The translations under genes and the position numbers were made by a program. The notes below the pieces were generated by a model. The model did no database searches. It worked only from the letters and a program-made list of their open reading frames with translations, and was not told the DNA's origin. A stretch of DNA of 63,849 bases, the filler included, from Choristocarpus tenellus KU-1152 (taxonomy: Eukaryota; Protista; Phaeophyceae): NCBI GenBank assembly GCA_964200185.2. It is 12 parts of 12 records of this genome, joined end to end, with 100 filler letters (N's around TTAATTAATTAA, not from the genome) between each part and the next. Parts side by side here need not be neighbours in the genome. Positions count along the whole stretch, not along the records: positions 20,676 to 24,137 come from CAXNAD020019870.1; positions 24,238 to 31,136 come from CAXNAD020007114.1; positions 31,237 to 39,814 come from CAXNAD020004567.1; 9 more parts are not named here. One strand, written 5' to 3'. Position 1 is the first letter of the stretch; every line of letters begins with the position of its first letter. Shown in pieces: positions 23,803-36,382 of the stretch.

Positions 23803-24137
23803 ATGACAGTTGCTCCCACAGCAAGGGGGTGGCTTTTGTTGCCTGCACCACCCCCTGCGTTGCCCCCTCATCAGCCCACCAACAATGATGCGCTGGAGCT
23901 TTCTACCAATGACGCTTCAGCGACTGGCGCCAATCTTCGCCGAGAATGGGCTCAACCCATCCCAGTCAACAAACAGGGTGACTGCTGCAAGCGCTTAGCC
24001 TGTGTGAAGAAGTTTGCGGCAGATAGCAAGTCCTTCCTTGCCCGCACGTTGGCCAAAGAGCAGGACATCATCCGGGTGTGTGAGAACCGCCGTGATCGCA
24101 AGCGCTTCGTTGGTGACCGTGTACCTGTCATTAAGTT
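23803..24137 (+). CDS. Cys-rich ORF N-terminus, possibly a DNA transposase (Sola-like), truncated by the contig end
   Basis: GC-rich open frame from acc-ATG with DCCKRLACVKKF...RRDRKRFV. The transposase call is resemblance only; no catalytic domain is visible. Confidence 0.4.
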
Positions 24138-24273
24138 NNNNNNNNNNNNNNNNNNNNNNNNNNNNNNNNNNNNNNNNNNNNTTAATTAATTAANNNNNNN
24201 NNNNNNNNNNNNNNNNNNNNNNNNNNNNNNNNNNNNNGGGTGGGGGGGGGGGAGGGGGGGGGGGGGGGGGGGT

Positions 24274-24304
<31 letters not shown>

Positions 24305-26878
24305 TACACTGAAATGGGTAAAATTCATATTTTTTTGCATGATGGTGTATTGTGTGTGTATGGATGGGTCTGTCCTGCACATGTTTTAGGCTCCACGGAG
24401 GATGGATGTCTCTTCCCTCAGCATGAAGATTGGGCCACGCTTGTAGTGATTGAATGTCATCGTTAAAGTCCGTATTAGAGAGCATTAAATTGTGTAGAAG
24501 TGAGGTGGTGTTGGGTGCGCCTTTAAACTGGCTCATTCGTAGGAGTACTTCTGTGTTAGGGAGGAAAGGTGCATGACAGGGGGGTTGCATACACCCAGCC
24601 TAAGAGGAGTAGTAACCCTAACCCTAAGTAGAAGATTCGAGTGTTGATTTGTGTGTGTAGAGAGAGGGGGGGGGGTGTTGGTATTGCTATGCAGTTGTAG
24701 TTACAGTTTTTGATCAGAAGCAGATGAGAAATAGTTGTCCTTTTATATCACTGTATCTCAAAACCCGGTTATTTCTTGTGACATGATTTTTGTTCCATAT
24801 CACTGGCATTTGTTTTGTTCCTCCCAATAGTTTGAAAATTAAGTTTTTATTATTTTTGCCTTATGACTGTGGATGTCCTAGCCACTTCCTGGGTGCATAG
24901 TAGGAATAGATCTAGCTCAATGTTTTCGTTTTTTAGTACTAGTCTCCCCTTAACCCTGCTTGAGGTGCAGGTTGATTTGAAGGTGTCATGTACAGGGTTG
25001 GTTTGGCACTGGTTGTAGTAGAGGAATGAATGCATGAGGAAGGTATTTTTTGAGTTCCCATTTCCAGATGGTATTGTATGGACACAACTATTTGCTCATT
25101 TTATCTCTGTGTATTCCAGTGCAGCAGATACTAATATGTATAAAGCTCAATACACTTTGAACTACATGGGTCCAATATTGACTTTAATCTGACAAGAAGG
25201 TGAATCTCATAATGATGTTGAAAGTATTACCTTCCTTTGCTGCTGTCCTGTCCTTCACTACCTTCCCCATGACAACATCATTGCACAGAAGAGTGCTGAT
25301 CACAGTATGGGGTAATTAAGTACGTTTGAATTTGGTGGGAATATGGGATAGTATTATTTGTTGTTGATGAAGGAAAAGCTGTTCTTGATGGTATATGATG
25401 TGTACAGGAGCTTACATCTATTTCAAAGATAATACTGGACCGTTTTTTCCAAGCTACGTACTGGGGTGCTTGATGTTGGCAAGTAGTAAGGAAACCCAGA
25501 AGATATGCCAGTGTTGAAGAGTAACAAAGCAAACGCTCTCACGATCCTATCAAGGAAGTTGCTATTGCAAAGTTTTGGAAGTGAAAATTGGTACAGATTA
25601 CGGTTAGGGGTTCCAGCGATTGTCCTTTCCAACCTCTGCATTAACAAAAGGACACAGCAGGCAGACAAGCTGACACAAAAAAAACTACATCAGAACCTAA
25701 TCTTACAGCTACTAGGAGAGGGTTGAGAGGGTATTGGGTAGTACCATTGTTTCTGGAGAACCAGCAAGATTAAAGATGGAAGGTGAAAATGGAGCAATAC
25801 ATTTCCGATAAACCCCGAAAGGATGGACATCAGTATGATATTAGACTGAGATGCTTTTTTGTTGGAAGATGTTTTTATGTCCTGAGTGTATTGAGTACAC
25901 ATAGCAAGCTCTCACTCTATAAACTATAGGCATCCCAGATGTTACTTTCTTATTCTGACATGCTTCTGTAAATAGGATTCAAGAAGGGAAGAAATGATGT
26001 AGAATGGAGATTAGAACACTTGTTCTCTTGATGCATCATACATCAATGTCGTGTGTTTTGTCCGGGAAAAACGTGTGCATCCTATTGTTCTCTTCCTCAA
26101 TACTTCCAATAAACAAAAATGACAGGAACATAAATGAGCCTAACATGGAAAAATACTCAGCTGTAGTAGGGAGTACAAAAGCACCAACTCACAAGCAAGT
26201 CACCCCCAGGTGACACTCAAAAATATGAGAGTGTAACACGCATTCCCTGCTCCCCCCACCCAGTGGCAATGTTATGCATAAACATACTGCCCTGGTTGAG
26301 TTTGCCATACAAGTAGGTACAATTCATTCCTTAGTGATAAAAATAGCAGTGTCTTCTGGCCTGCAACTTTATACACACTGAAAACTAGGCCTTTTCCATG
26401 AAATTTATTGGCAGCAGTCAACAAGAAGTATTCTATCTCTTTCCTAGCCAAACTAGAAACGTATCCTGCCTCATTCATGCAAACTCTCTTTGATAGGTAC
26501 AGATACACTACAGCCTCCGTAGCACCTGGATGTATTATGAGTAAGTAGACAAATCAAGAAAGAGCCGGTTCTCTCCAATCCATACCTTGTGCTACCATCA
26601 CAGGCCCGAATGCATCCTAGAGAGTCGTGCCAAAAGACAAAATCTATATATCAAAGCAAACAATGAAAACGTTGACTATCCACACTTCCATCTCCCAAAA
26701 GATGTGTATTATGGTTGGTGCAATGTACCACACACTCACACGCACACTCTCTTCCAGCCCGTGCACCTTTCAATCCCAAGCAGAGGTACTGCAAGAAAAA
26801 TATATTTTTAAAATGTGAAATTTGCTGAGGTTCACCACTGAATCCACACGTCGTCCTTTTCCCCATTTGAACACGTGC

Positions 26879-29071
26879 TCAAGCAAAGTTCTTTGCACTC
26901 ACAGAAGAGTACATCTCTTCTGAGATGACCTCTGGTGTTGTGTGGGCCATAACTGTTGGGAAGCAGTGCAGGTAGGATCAGCATCAAGCAAGGGTCAGGC
27001 TAGGAGTTCAGTGAAAGAGAAAAAGAGTGGGCAGATGCTTTGGGAAGAGTCTTGTCTGGGATTTCCTGGTGGTCACCAATCCCCGACCCAAAAAAGTTAC
27101 AATACAGAATTGTTTCCTATCTCTTGCTGTTCACTTCAGAAAAATAGTATCAAGCAACAACTATCTGGACTTCTTTGTTGGCTTCTTACCATCAAGATAG
27201 ATGGGGAAGATGCCGAACCCGATGACATTGACAACCATGATCCCTGGGCCATTTGCAGAGTGCAGGGCAACCTGACCGATCACTTGGGCCGTGATGCTGA
27301 AGATCATTACAAACCATGCCACAAGTTGAAAGAGGAAGAGGCCGTTGTCTTTCATCGGCTCGGTGGGTGAGCTAGACCAAAGCACAGCAGGAGTTTTGGA
27401 GCGGGCAAGAATGTAGAAGCCCAGAAGGAGTTGGCTAAGTCCCACTGCAACACTGATCTCAGGGAAGAGGACGAAGAATGGACCAACAGCAATTGGGGCA
27501 GGCAGTTGCCCATCACCAAACCTCTCAATGATGAAAGCGCCTTGGAAAAAGGTATGGCCAGAGGTTAGGAAGGAAGAATGCCCTCATCATAACACAGCCC
27601 ATCATTCTCAATACCAATTAATCTGAGGTTGGCTGCATTTTGGTGACATACATTTTAGTATTCTTCAAGGCAAGAACAAGCTGGAATATAACAGAGGATG
27701 GTATAGGGAAAAGGAGTAAGTGATGCCTCACCAAGGGTCATCTGGCAAATGCCAACCAAGCAAGACAGGAAGCCATAGTAGCCCTCGCGGGATCTGTAGT
27801 AACCAGCGTTGTAGATGGATGCCTCCCCAGAGTGGAACTTCCAGCTTTTCCAGTGGAGGAAAGTCAGGGCGCCTGTTGTGGCGTATGATACAAGACAATT
27901 CATGTGGGATTGGGTTCCGAGATGTTGGTAACAAAGACGGATAAAAGCAATAAGTACAAACACGGCCGAACAATGGGTTAAGGATGGATTAGGAAGGCTG
28001 TCATGCCATCCACTCAGCCACCTGTTGCATAGTACTCAGTATGTCTGAACGAAATTGAAATAGGGGCAGGATATGGTGAAAGAGCACCATGCGCGAATGA
28101 CTGACAACTTCACAGAAATAAATCTTCAAGGAGACTTGCTGAAAGTTAACTCTATATTTCGCCCAACTCACCAATAACCTGACGATACAGGTAGAAGAAC
28201 ACCGATTTATCCCGGAAGGAGGAACAGGGTCATGAGGGGAGGTGTGAAGGACAACGACCAGTGGGGTTGGGGATCTTGTGAGCTTCACAGCGTCACAAAC
28301 AATAGTGCATACTACTAAATACATCACTGTGTCCGAATCGTGAACTGCAATTTGAAACAAAATTAAGTATCCCACTCCAACGCGAAGGTGATATACACAT
28401 CCCAGGTCACTCACCGTCCCGGCGTAGCCATAGAAACTCAAGATCCCGAGGACAGCAATACCGTTGACCTATTAAATGTTGTATTTAAGGATGGAGTAAA
28501 GAAGGCGTAAGTATCGCACACACTTGCAGACTTCAGTTGTGATGGGACAGACTTTCAACTCACATGAGCTTTCATTTCATTGTCAGTGCAAGTCAAACCA
28601 ATATGAGCTCACCTCACTCTCAGTCGGCGCATATATGACCGGATCGATGACCAGTGGTCCCCCTGTAGTTAAGTTGTTCTCCGCAGAGAAGCCAATATTT
28701 GCGACTGTAGCCCAAAATGGAAACCAAGCCAGCAAGGTGATGAACAGACCAAAAGTGGAGGCCGCTTTGCTACCCCATTGAGAGGCGAGGTACTGGAAAC
28801 CGATGAAGACGGACGAAAAACCAAAGATGACAACGACAATGTTGGCGATGAGTCCCACAATCGGGGGGAATGCCTTGTTGGGTTCACCATTCCAATCCAC
28901 ATTATCGCCGGAGATGGCGATGAGATCTAAAACAGCTGGGACCATGGCCAGCACCCCAAAGAGGACGATCATACCAGAAGTTTGAGTCATGTCCTGAACG
29001 ACATTGTATGCGCCAGGACTACCCTTGTCGGTCAAGCGAGGTTCGCCATAGCTGATAACCGCCATACCCAT
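26879..29071 (-). CDS. Complete ~361-aa multi-pass membrane protein of unknown function
   Basis: Exons 28613-29071, 28415-28468, 28172-28178, 27732-27872, 27190-27540 and 26879-26952 join in frame from ATG to TGA through GT-AG sites; about 8-9 hydrophobic segments. Confidence 0.88.
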
Positions 29072-30523
29072 TCAGTTGGATCCACCCAGAAAAACGTCGC
29101 AAATTTTAGGTGTCACTGCAGCAACTATACAGTAGTTACTATCTGGAGATACTAGCGTTGTGGGACCAAGAACCACCTCCTTGGATAGTATGTAGTGTGA
29201 GTGTCGATGTTAGGAATAACCAACGAGAGCTTCGTTGATAGGAACCAAAAACGAGGAAACATGGATCTTCACCAGAGACGTGACTTTGTCCCGAATATCA
29301 GCCCTTCGGATAATTACGATTGGAAAAAAAGAATGGAAATGGATCCATCCATTGATCAACAAACCTCCTTTATTCAATATTATTGATGTGACATGAGACA
29401 CGAGAAGAGCAGAAGAAGAATTGAGAATTGCAAAAAAAACGAGAATGATCATAAACCATCACAAACAAATGAAAGCTTTTAACACCTCATGATCATCCGA
29501 TATACCGTTGTTTGATGAACATGACATTATGGTGTAGTTGATATTTCTTGCATGGATGCTATAATGAATTAATTATCTTCGAAGAGGCACCACATTTTTT
29601 CATCTCGAATTAAAGATACACATAAAATGTCCTACAAAATGTAACACAGACGAGAGGTGATTGAAGGGGGATGATGGGCCAGTATCAGAATAATATTATT
29701 AGATATATTTCCCGTTCGTATTTCATGACCAGCAACAATCGACAACCAACATGCAAAATACACAACAATATCAATCACACACCACAACCTACGTGGTGTT
29801 TTTAAAATGTATTGGGAAACATTTTTCTTCTTGATTCAACTTCAACATCCATTTTAACTTGGTAGTACACTCACCTATCTATCATCACATATTTTCATTC
29901 CAAACAATTAAACAGAACCCCAAATCCTGATACAAATAATATACATATATTCCATATTTAGCATCGATGTATATTATTATTTTCATATGGATATGTGCGA
30001 ATAGTTCAATTCTACAGTGTTGGCGGTCACCTACATCAACTTTGTCCTCCCATAACTTTGGATCAACAACAATCTTTTCATGAAAACTCGTTTGTTCTCG
30101 CATCAGCATGGTTATCCTTATCTGATGGGTTTGTTTGGTCAACTTGCAGGAATCGGGAGAAATACAGGACCATACTTGAATCAAGTAGTCCGCGCGCACG
30201 TTTCGCGTGGGGGTGCCACGCGGAACCCCGCATTTAAGGATGATTATGACGCCTGAAGAGGTCATCTTCACCTGGACAACATGGGCGTTGTAGTCTCTCG
30301 ATTCTATTTCCATTATTTCCCGTTTATGCGATGTTGTCACCTGCTGGCTAGCGCTCATCATGGGGGCCCAGGCCTCTGAACCAGACAATCCATGCCAAGT
30401 CAAATGAGGTATTCTGAAGGTGCAGGCCTCCTGTTAGACTTAAAAGTATTTCTTGTACAACACACTGTCCAATCTGGTGCACTCCATGCCTTTCTCGTTG
30501 GAATATATCAGGTGGTAAGAGTG

Positions 30524-31136
30524 GATTTCAAAAATTGAGGATGGAGCGTACTATGGAGGATGGGTTTGACCCAAAATTGACCAGGAAAAAGTGTTGATAT
30601 GTTTTTTTTGTAAATGTTGCGGTACTTTTTAAGGGCCCCTTTTTGAATGGGATATATATTTTGTTCAAATCTATTTCGGTGCTTGTGACAGCGGATAATG
30701 GCGGATTGATTATTTCATGGAGGATGGATTTTATCGAAAATGGTGCGCGGAAAGTGCCCATATGTTTTTTCTTGTAAAGGTTGCGGCATTTTTTTTAGGG
30801 CCCCTTTTTGAATGGGAATCCATGCCGAAGAAGGTATGGTAGTAGGACATGCTCAATTGATCTTGTACGTTTCCAATGTTCCGAAAAAAAAACTGGCACC
30901 CTCCAATTTTTTTAATAAAATCTTTAATTGTTGGACATTTGTATTCTTAAAGAGTAAAACTATCTTAGAAGGTACGAATTTTTCCCTGTTAGTCCATTTT
31001 TTAACTGTGGATTTGAAAAATTGAGGATGAAGCGTACTATGGAGGTTGGGTTTGACCCAAAATTGACCTGGAAAAAGTGCCGATATGTTTTTTTTGTAAA
31101 TGTTGTGGCACTTTTTAAGGGCCCCTTTTTGAATGG
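30524..31136 (+). repeat. Long tandem units related to the family D MITE interior
   Basis: gatttcaaaaattgaggatg..tttgacccaaaattgacc.gg..aaagtg occurs at ~30524 and ~31010; no AACAGCC TIR. Confidence 0.8.
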
Positions 31137-31236
31137 NNNNNNNNNNNNNNNNNNNNNNNNNNNNNNNNNNNNNNNNNNNNTTAATTAATTAANNNNNNNN
31201 NNNNNNNNNNNNNNNNNNNNNNNNNNNNNNNNNNNN

Positions 31237-31306
31237 CCCAAAAATTGCGACATGAAAAAATTGACCCCAAATGGACAGCCGCCACCCTCCCCAGATACTT
31301 TAAGCC
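31237..31306 (+). mobile_element. MITE family A, right end
   Basis: Matches 1-76. Confidence 0.9.
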
Positions 31307-31616
31307 AAATGCAAATCGCTAAACCACAATCTCTTTACTCTCAGGAAATCCTCATATTGAAGATAGTCACCAACATAACGTCAAGAATTCTACCCTAGTC
31401 TCTAATCAGCCAGGGTAGTGTTTGGCTCAGAGCACTGTTAGTTATCAACTCGACCCCAAGTCAAGCTGAGTGCAGCCTCATATGTGGTCTACTTGATTCA
31501 AATATGCATCGTATTATTGTAAACTNNNNNNNNNNTGAACCGCATGCCGCCCAATACAAGCACTTCAAGGTGTCGGCAGTAATTGTCCTTTTCGTTTTGT
31601 TATTTCTTTTCTCCAG

Positions 31617-34600
31617 CTCTCAGGTGTGGAAGTTGAAGATCTCATATTCGACCCAGCACAATTTCATGTACATGGAGACTGCAAGATCCATATTGATTTC
31701 ATTTCTGCTGCTAGCAACATGCGGGCATGGAACTACCGGTGGGTGATCATGAAAGGGTGGCAAGCAACAATTTGTACTCATTTGGGTGTTGCCACAGTGA
31801 TCACCCCTGCTTGCTGTTTTCTAGTCAGAAAGATTATATATGCTTTCATTAGGTTCTACTCCGGAGTATTTTTTGAATCAAACATTTCGGTTTCCTGTAC
31901 TATCTGCAGCGCAGCATTCCTTGTTTGGAGGTCACAGAGACAGCATATGGCCGTGAATTTTCATGTTAGTCCCGACCATTTGATTGTATTGATTACACAG
32001 AAGGAGACCCTTTATCTCGGTGTATTAAAAGCATCGCATGTTAGGGAAGTGTAGTCACGGCACAAGTTTACAACACCAAGACATCTTCACTTTCAACATT
32101 TGGTCAATTTTGGGAGTTGACAGAGGAAGATGAGAACTGACAATGGACTGAGTACCAACAAGGTGCTTGTTGGAGGCCCAAACTGAGCTACATAGTTTCC
32201 ATTAATGTTGTGTTGTGTGTGCCCTCTTGGGAAATCTCCAACTAAAACTGGTGTTTTTCTTGACCTACATGCAAGATAGTTACAACATCTTACATCAAAC
32301 CCAATAAATTGTGCATTATTCCCTATGTCCTACACTCATTCATATCCTCCTACCCATACCACCTACCCACACCCTCTTCCACACACACTAACCAGTACAG
32401 TCGACACCAAGTGCAGCCAAACTCTGTCAGGAGACACAATACAACTTCCTTTCAAGCCACACTATTCCCTAGCATTTCTCACGCTCATCTACCTCTCTGC
32501 AATCCTCTATCACTGATCTCTTGGTCTGGAATCACATTGTTTTCTGATCCTGGTTCTACCGATCCTCATTCTGAAACTGATGTACATCTTGCCGAAATTG
32601 TGACTAATAAGGATCGAGGGGACCTCCCGTCAAAAGTTGAAGGAGATTGTGGAAAAGATAACTCCAACTATCGCTGCTACAACATCATCCGCGTGTGGCT
32701 TGGCCATGGTGGAGATCTTCAAGGCGAGAATGACATTCACAGGGAGGGGAAATAATTGGAAATGTGTAGAAGAGCTACCTTCAAGTATGAGTACAGTGGA
32801 GTACTCTGAATCGGATTTGTCACAGGTTTCCTTCATTCGTGTAATATCTACAACTTATTTTTGTCACATACTTCGAAGTAGCACTACATGGCAAAGTTGT
32901 ACCGCTCTACTGAATAAATAATACCTAAAGGTTTGAAAACCTAGTAGTCATTGAACATCCTTTCAGCTTGAGGAGACAGTAAAACCTTGATGACTTCCAA
33001 AAATATATGTGAAACAACAACAGCAGGATAATGTATGGTTTCATAGTTTTGAGTGTTGTCCGGCCTGATCCATAAACTTTGAAGGATATATATATGCATG
33101 AAAAAACAAAAAATTGGGACAGACATATTTTCTCCATGTTCAGCCCTGACTCTTTCCAGTCATCAGCTGTGTTGATGTCTTGACCGAATTGTGCTTTGCA
33201 CCTGTAATGCCCACAGATCTTGCAGAAGAAGAAGCTTGAGGCCTACAAGGATTCGACAAACAACCTAAGTCTCAACAGATATATACTTTCTCAGCCAGGT
33301 GCATATCCCCATCTGGACCACTAGGACAAAACCTTGCGCTCCTCCACGTCCTCTTCTTGAAACCAAAACTCTCAATAGTGTTGTCAAGTTCCCTCCCCAC
33401 CTTCTCCCTTCCATGTCCTCACCTGCCATCGACCAATACTTTTTCCTACAATTCCCAGTACAGTTTGATTTATCTGCCCCCTCTTGGCCACCTCACCTTA
33501 AACTCTTGTGTTCTCTAACCCCAGTGTCCTTGCCATTAACACCACTTTTCTGGATGGCTTGCAAGCAGCTCCAACTGAAAAGGCACGTAACAAATACGAC
33601 CCTATTGAGATGGCCGTGACTAAATGTGCACCACCTGGGTTCACCAAGTGGGATAAGACGGTCATTGACCAGGGGAGACCTCACGATGAGGGAATTTCTC
33701 GACTATTTTAACGAAGTTACAGGTAAGGTGTTGAATGTAGATATAGGAAGGAGGTTGTGAGAGTGTATGCATTTGTGTGTGCTCCTTTAATACATTTGTG
33801 GTCTTTTTATTCAATGATTCAATACTTTTCATGCTTTTATCCGCAAGGATCATTCTGTAGATGGAAGACTGTTCGACTTTTCTGATGATTGCATTGTCAT
33901 TACATAGATCCTTCCTTCTTATATGATACAGAATTCTCCCTGTTTCTTTCTTTGATATGGACATTTTGAGTATTTCTTAGATCCATGTTATAGTACGATC
34001 TGACCCAAAGTACCTGGGGGGGGGGAGGGGGTCTACACCAGGGTGTCCATTTGGGAAAAAATCAGGAAAGTGCATTTACATTCTCCATCCGACGTATGCA
34101 ACCAAATCACCAAAAAATTGCGACATGAAAAAATTGCCCCCAAATGGACAGCTGCCACCCCCCCACACGCCACCTTGAGATCCNNNNNNNNNNCCCCCCG
34201 GATACTTTGAGCTTCTTGTTGGTCCAAATTATTCCCATGAAGGAGTACCCGGCAGTAAAATATGACCTTTGATTAGAGTCAAGATGTGTCTTTGGATGCG
34301 ACTAATCCAAGGCCAACTGAAGGTCCAACGTTTGACAACACATATGGTTGCTTAAGCAACCCTCTGCAAGGTCTGGTTGGAAAGTTAATCTGGCTTGCAG
34401 TCAAGTATCTGTATATTGATGGGATGCCCATTCATTCTAACGCTAATTGTGCAGCACCTCGTTTCTATGGTGATATTGGCAAGGAGGGAGATATACTCAT
34501 AGGGCATAAGATGTCTTACAAACCCAGGACTCACATTTTTGCGATTGCCTGCATTTTTGTCCAGCCATGTTGTTCAGGACAAGGTGCCAATATAGTTTCT

Positions 34601-36382
34601 CCACGAGTTGTGCTGGTCGTTCTTGAATAGAGCAAGGAGGTGGCATCAACTACAGATATATTCCATATCCCATCCCCTCAATTCACAATATTTCAATGAG
34701 GCATTTGGAGATACTTGGCCTGACTGAGCTGGCTTCTTCCTCCTTTCCTCCTCCTCCCCATCATTGTACCCATGGTGCACGGTCTATGGTCTAATGCCTT
34801 TCTTGGTGTGATTCTGATTGTCCCCACGAGACAGGCCTCACATGTGTCCTCCTACTACATTCCGTCAGTAACCTTGTCGGCCCACGGAGGGGACGGTTAC
34901 TCTATGATGCCCAGGTATTTGAACTATCAATCAATGTTCATCATGACTCCCCATACGATGTCTTGTTCTCCATACTACATCAATGGAAATGTTTAAATAT
35001 ACCAAAATATTGCATTGAGTTGTATCATCTGTGGTGGGTTAATGAAGTGGTGTAGATAATGCTTTAATTCCACTGAATACTTGAAATTGTTAGAGTGTGC
35101 TTCAAACTACAATACCACAATACCAACAATGTATTTCGACAGTGCAAAGTTCCTGATTAAACTCTTGCTGATTGCTGCTGTATAGGGATTTTTTGTTGAG
35201 TGGTGGTTAGAAGTGAGAAACGGTGTAGAGATTAATGCTCTGAGCACATTTCTATGTCGCCAACTGCCACAAAGGCTGGGATCCTATGTCTGTCAACAGA
35301 GCATGTTTACCTCAAGGAATAGCTGGCTGGTGCTTGTGATCTCCCTCTATTTTACCATTTTCATTCCACTTCTGATGTTGCCTTTGCGGGGGGGGGTTGT
35401 CTTTTTGCGGTGCTTTTATGCAATTGGGATGGGGTGGGGTTTGTGGTTTATGTGGTATATTTTGCAGCCCTGGAAGGTGGAGTATAAAGCTATATATGAT
35501 GCTGCCTTGAACATGAACCTTAGGAAGTGGATCAACCTGCGCTACAAGGATGTGAGTTGGCGCTACACATATTTACTCTCCCCTACACAACACCCGTTTT
35601 GAATGGGAACTGCATCATGCAAGCGTGGGTAGATGTCAGTCACACTGTTAACAACGCACAAATTCAAGATGATTACTCTTGCATTTTCAAAGTGACAAGT
35701 GGCAACTTCATAGTGCCAGTCTGGAAGGGCAGCTGTGGTACATGCTTCTGGCTTTCAGATATAATACGAGATCTGTATGTAGGTATCTGGTATCTGTTTC
35801 TTATTCTCAAACCTATTGCAACAACAACTGTTGTAGAGGAAAACCTTTGTTGCAAGTAGTACGAAGATTGTTTTGGCGTTTGGTTGTGTTCTCTTCTTTG
35901 ATGTTTTTCTCCCCCTTGACAACACCAGCAAAATGTTAAAGTGACGAAAAATATCGTTAGTGGCAACCGCCGCAACTTCAAGGGTGTTAAATGCTACCGT
36001 CCTCCCCACACATACAGTCAATGTTTACTTTTCCCAACCCAAAGATTTTTCTGTGCTTAGGGGAAGTGTGATGAATTTGTTGATATTGAGTTTTGTATCC
36101 ACCATTTTTGCGCCACACCTGTGACCCCTCTCATGGACAACAAGTCACTCCCATCTATGCCTCGCAACCCCACTAGTTATATAACCTCTGATTCTACACC
36201 TCCCCCCCTCTCCAACACCATCCACTCTGCTGTTCCAGTCTCCATCAGGAGCTGTAATCATCCCTGGACAGACCTGCATCGACCTTCAGGTCTCATGTGT
36301 CAATGGAGCTGGCGAACCCTACAGGGTACCCACCGTTGTATATCGATGGACATGTCGGGTAGAAGGGGAGTGGAAGAACTAG
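31617..36382 (+). CDS. UBA1: Ubiquitin-activating enzyme E1 (UBA1-like) C-terminal part; divergent, one frameshift
   Basis: Exons 31617-31738 (HIDFISAASNMRAWNY), 32612-32723 (KITPTIAATTSSACGL, GC donor), 33217-33298, 33566-33722 (GFTKWDKTVI, DLTMREFLDYF), 34835-34914, 35468-35551 and 36239-36382 (IDLQVSC..GEPYRVPTVVY, stop). +1 frameshift near 33675. Confidence 0.88.
34002..34213 (+). mobile_element. MITE family A in a UBA1 intron, TSD TCT
   Basis: gacccaaagtacctggg...ccggatactttgagct, flanked by tct/tct. Confidence 0.88.

Noticed and set aside
24238-24303. Polyproline ORFs
   Set aside because: A poly-G tract at a contig start, possibly a sequencing artefact.
29885-30403. 172-aa minus-strand ORF
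   Set aside because: No recognisable motif or splice structure.
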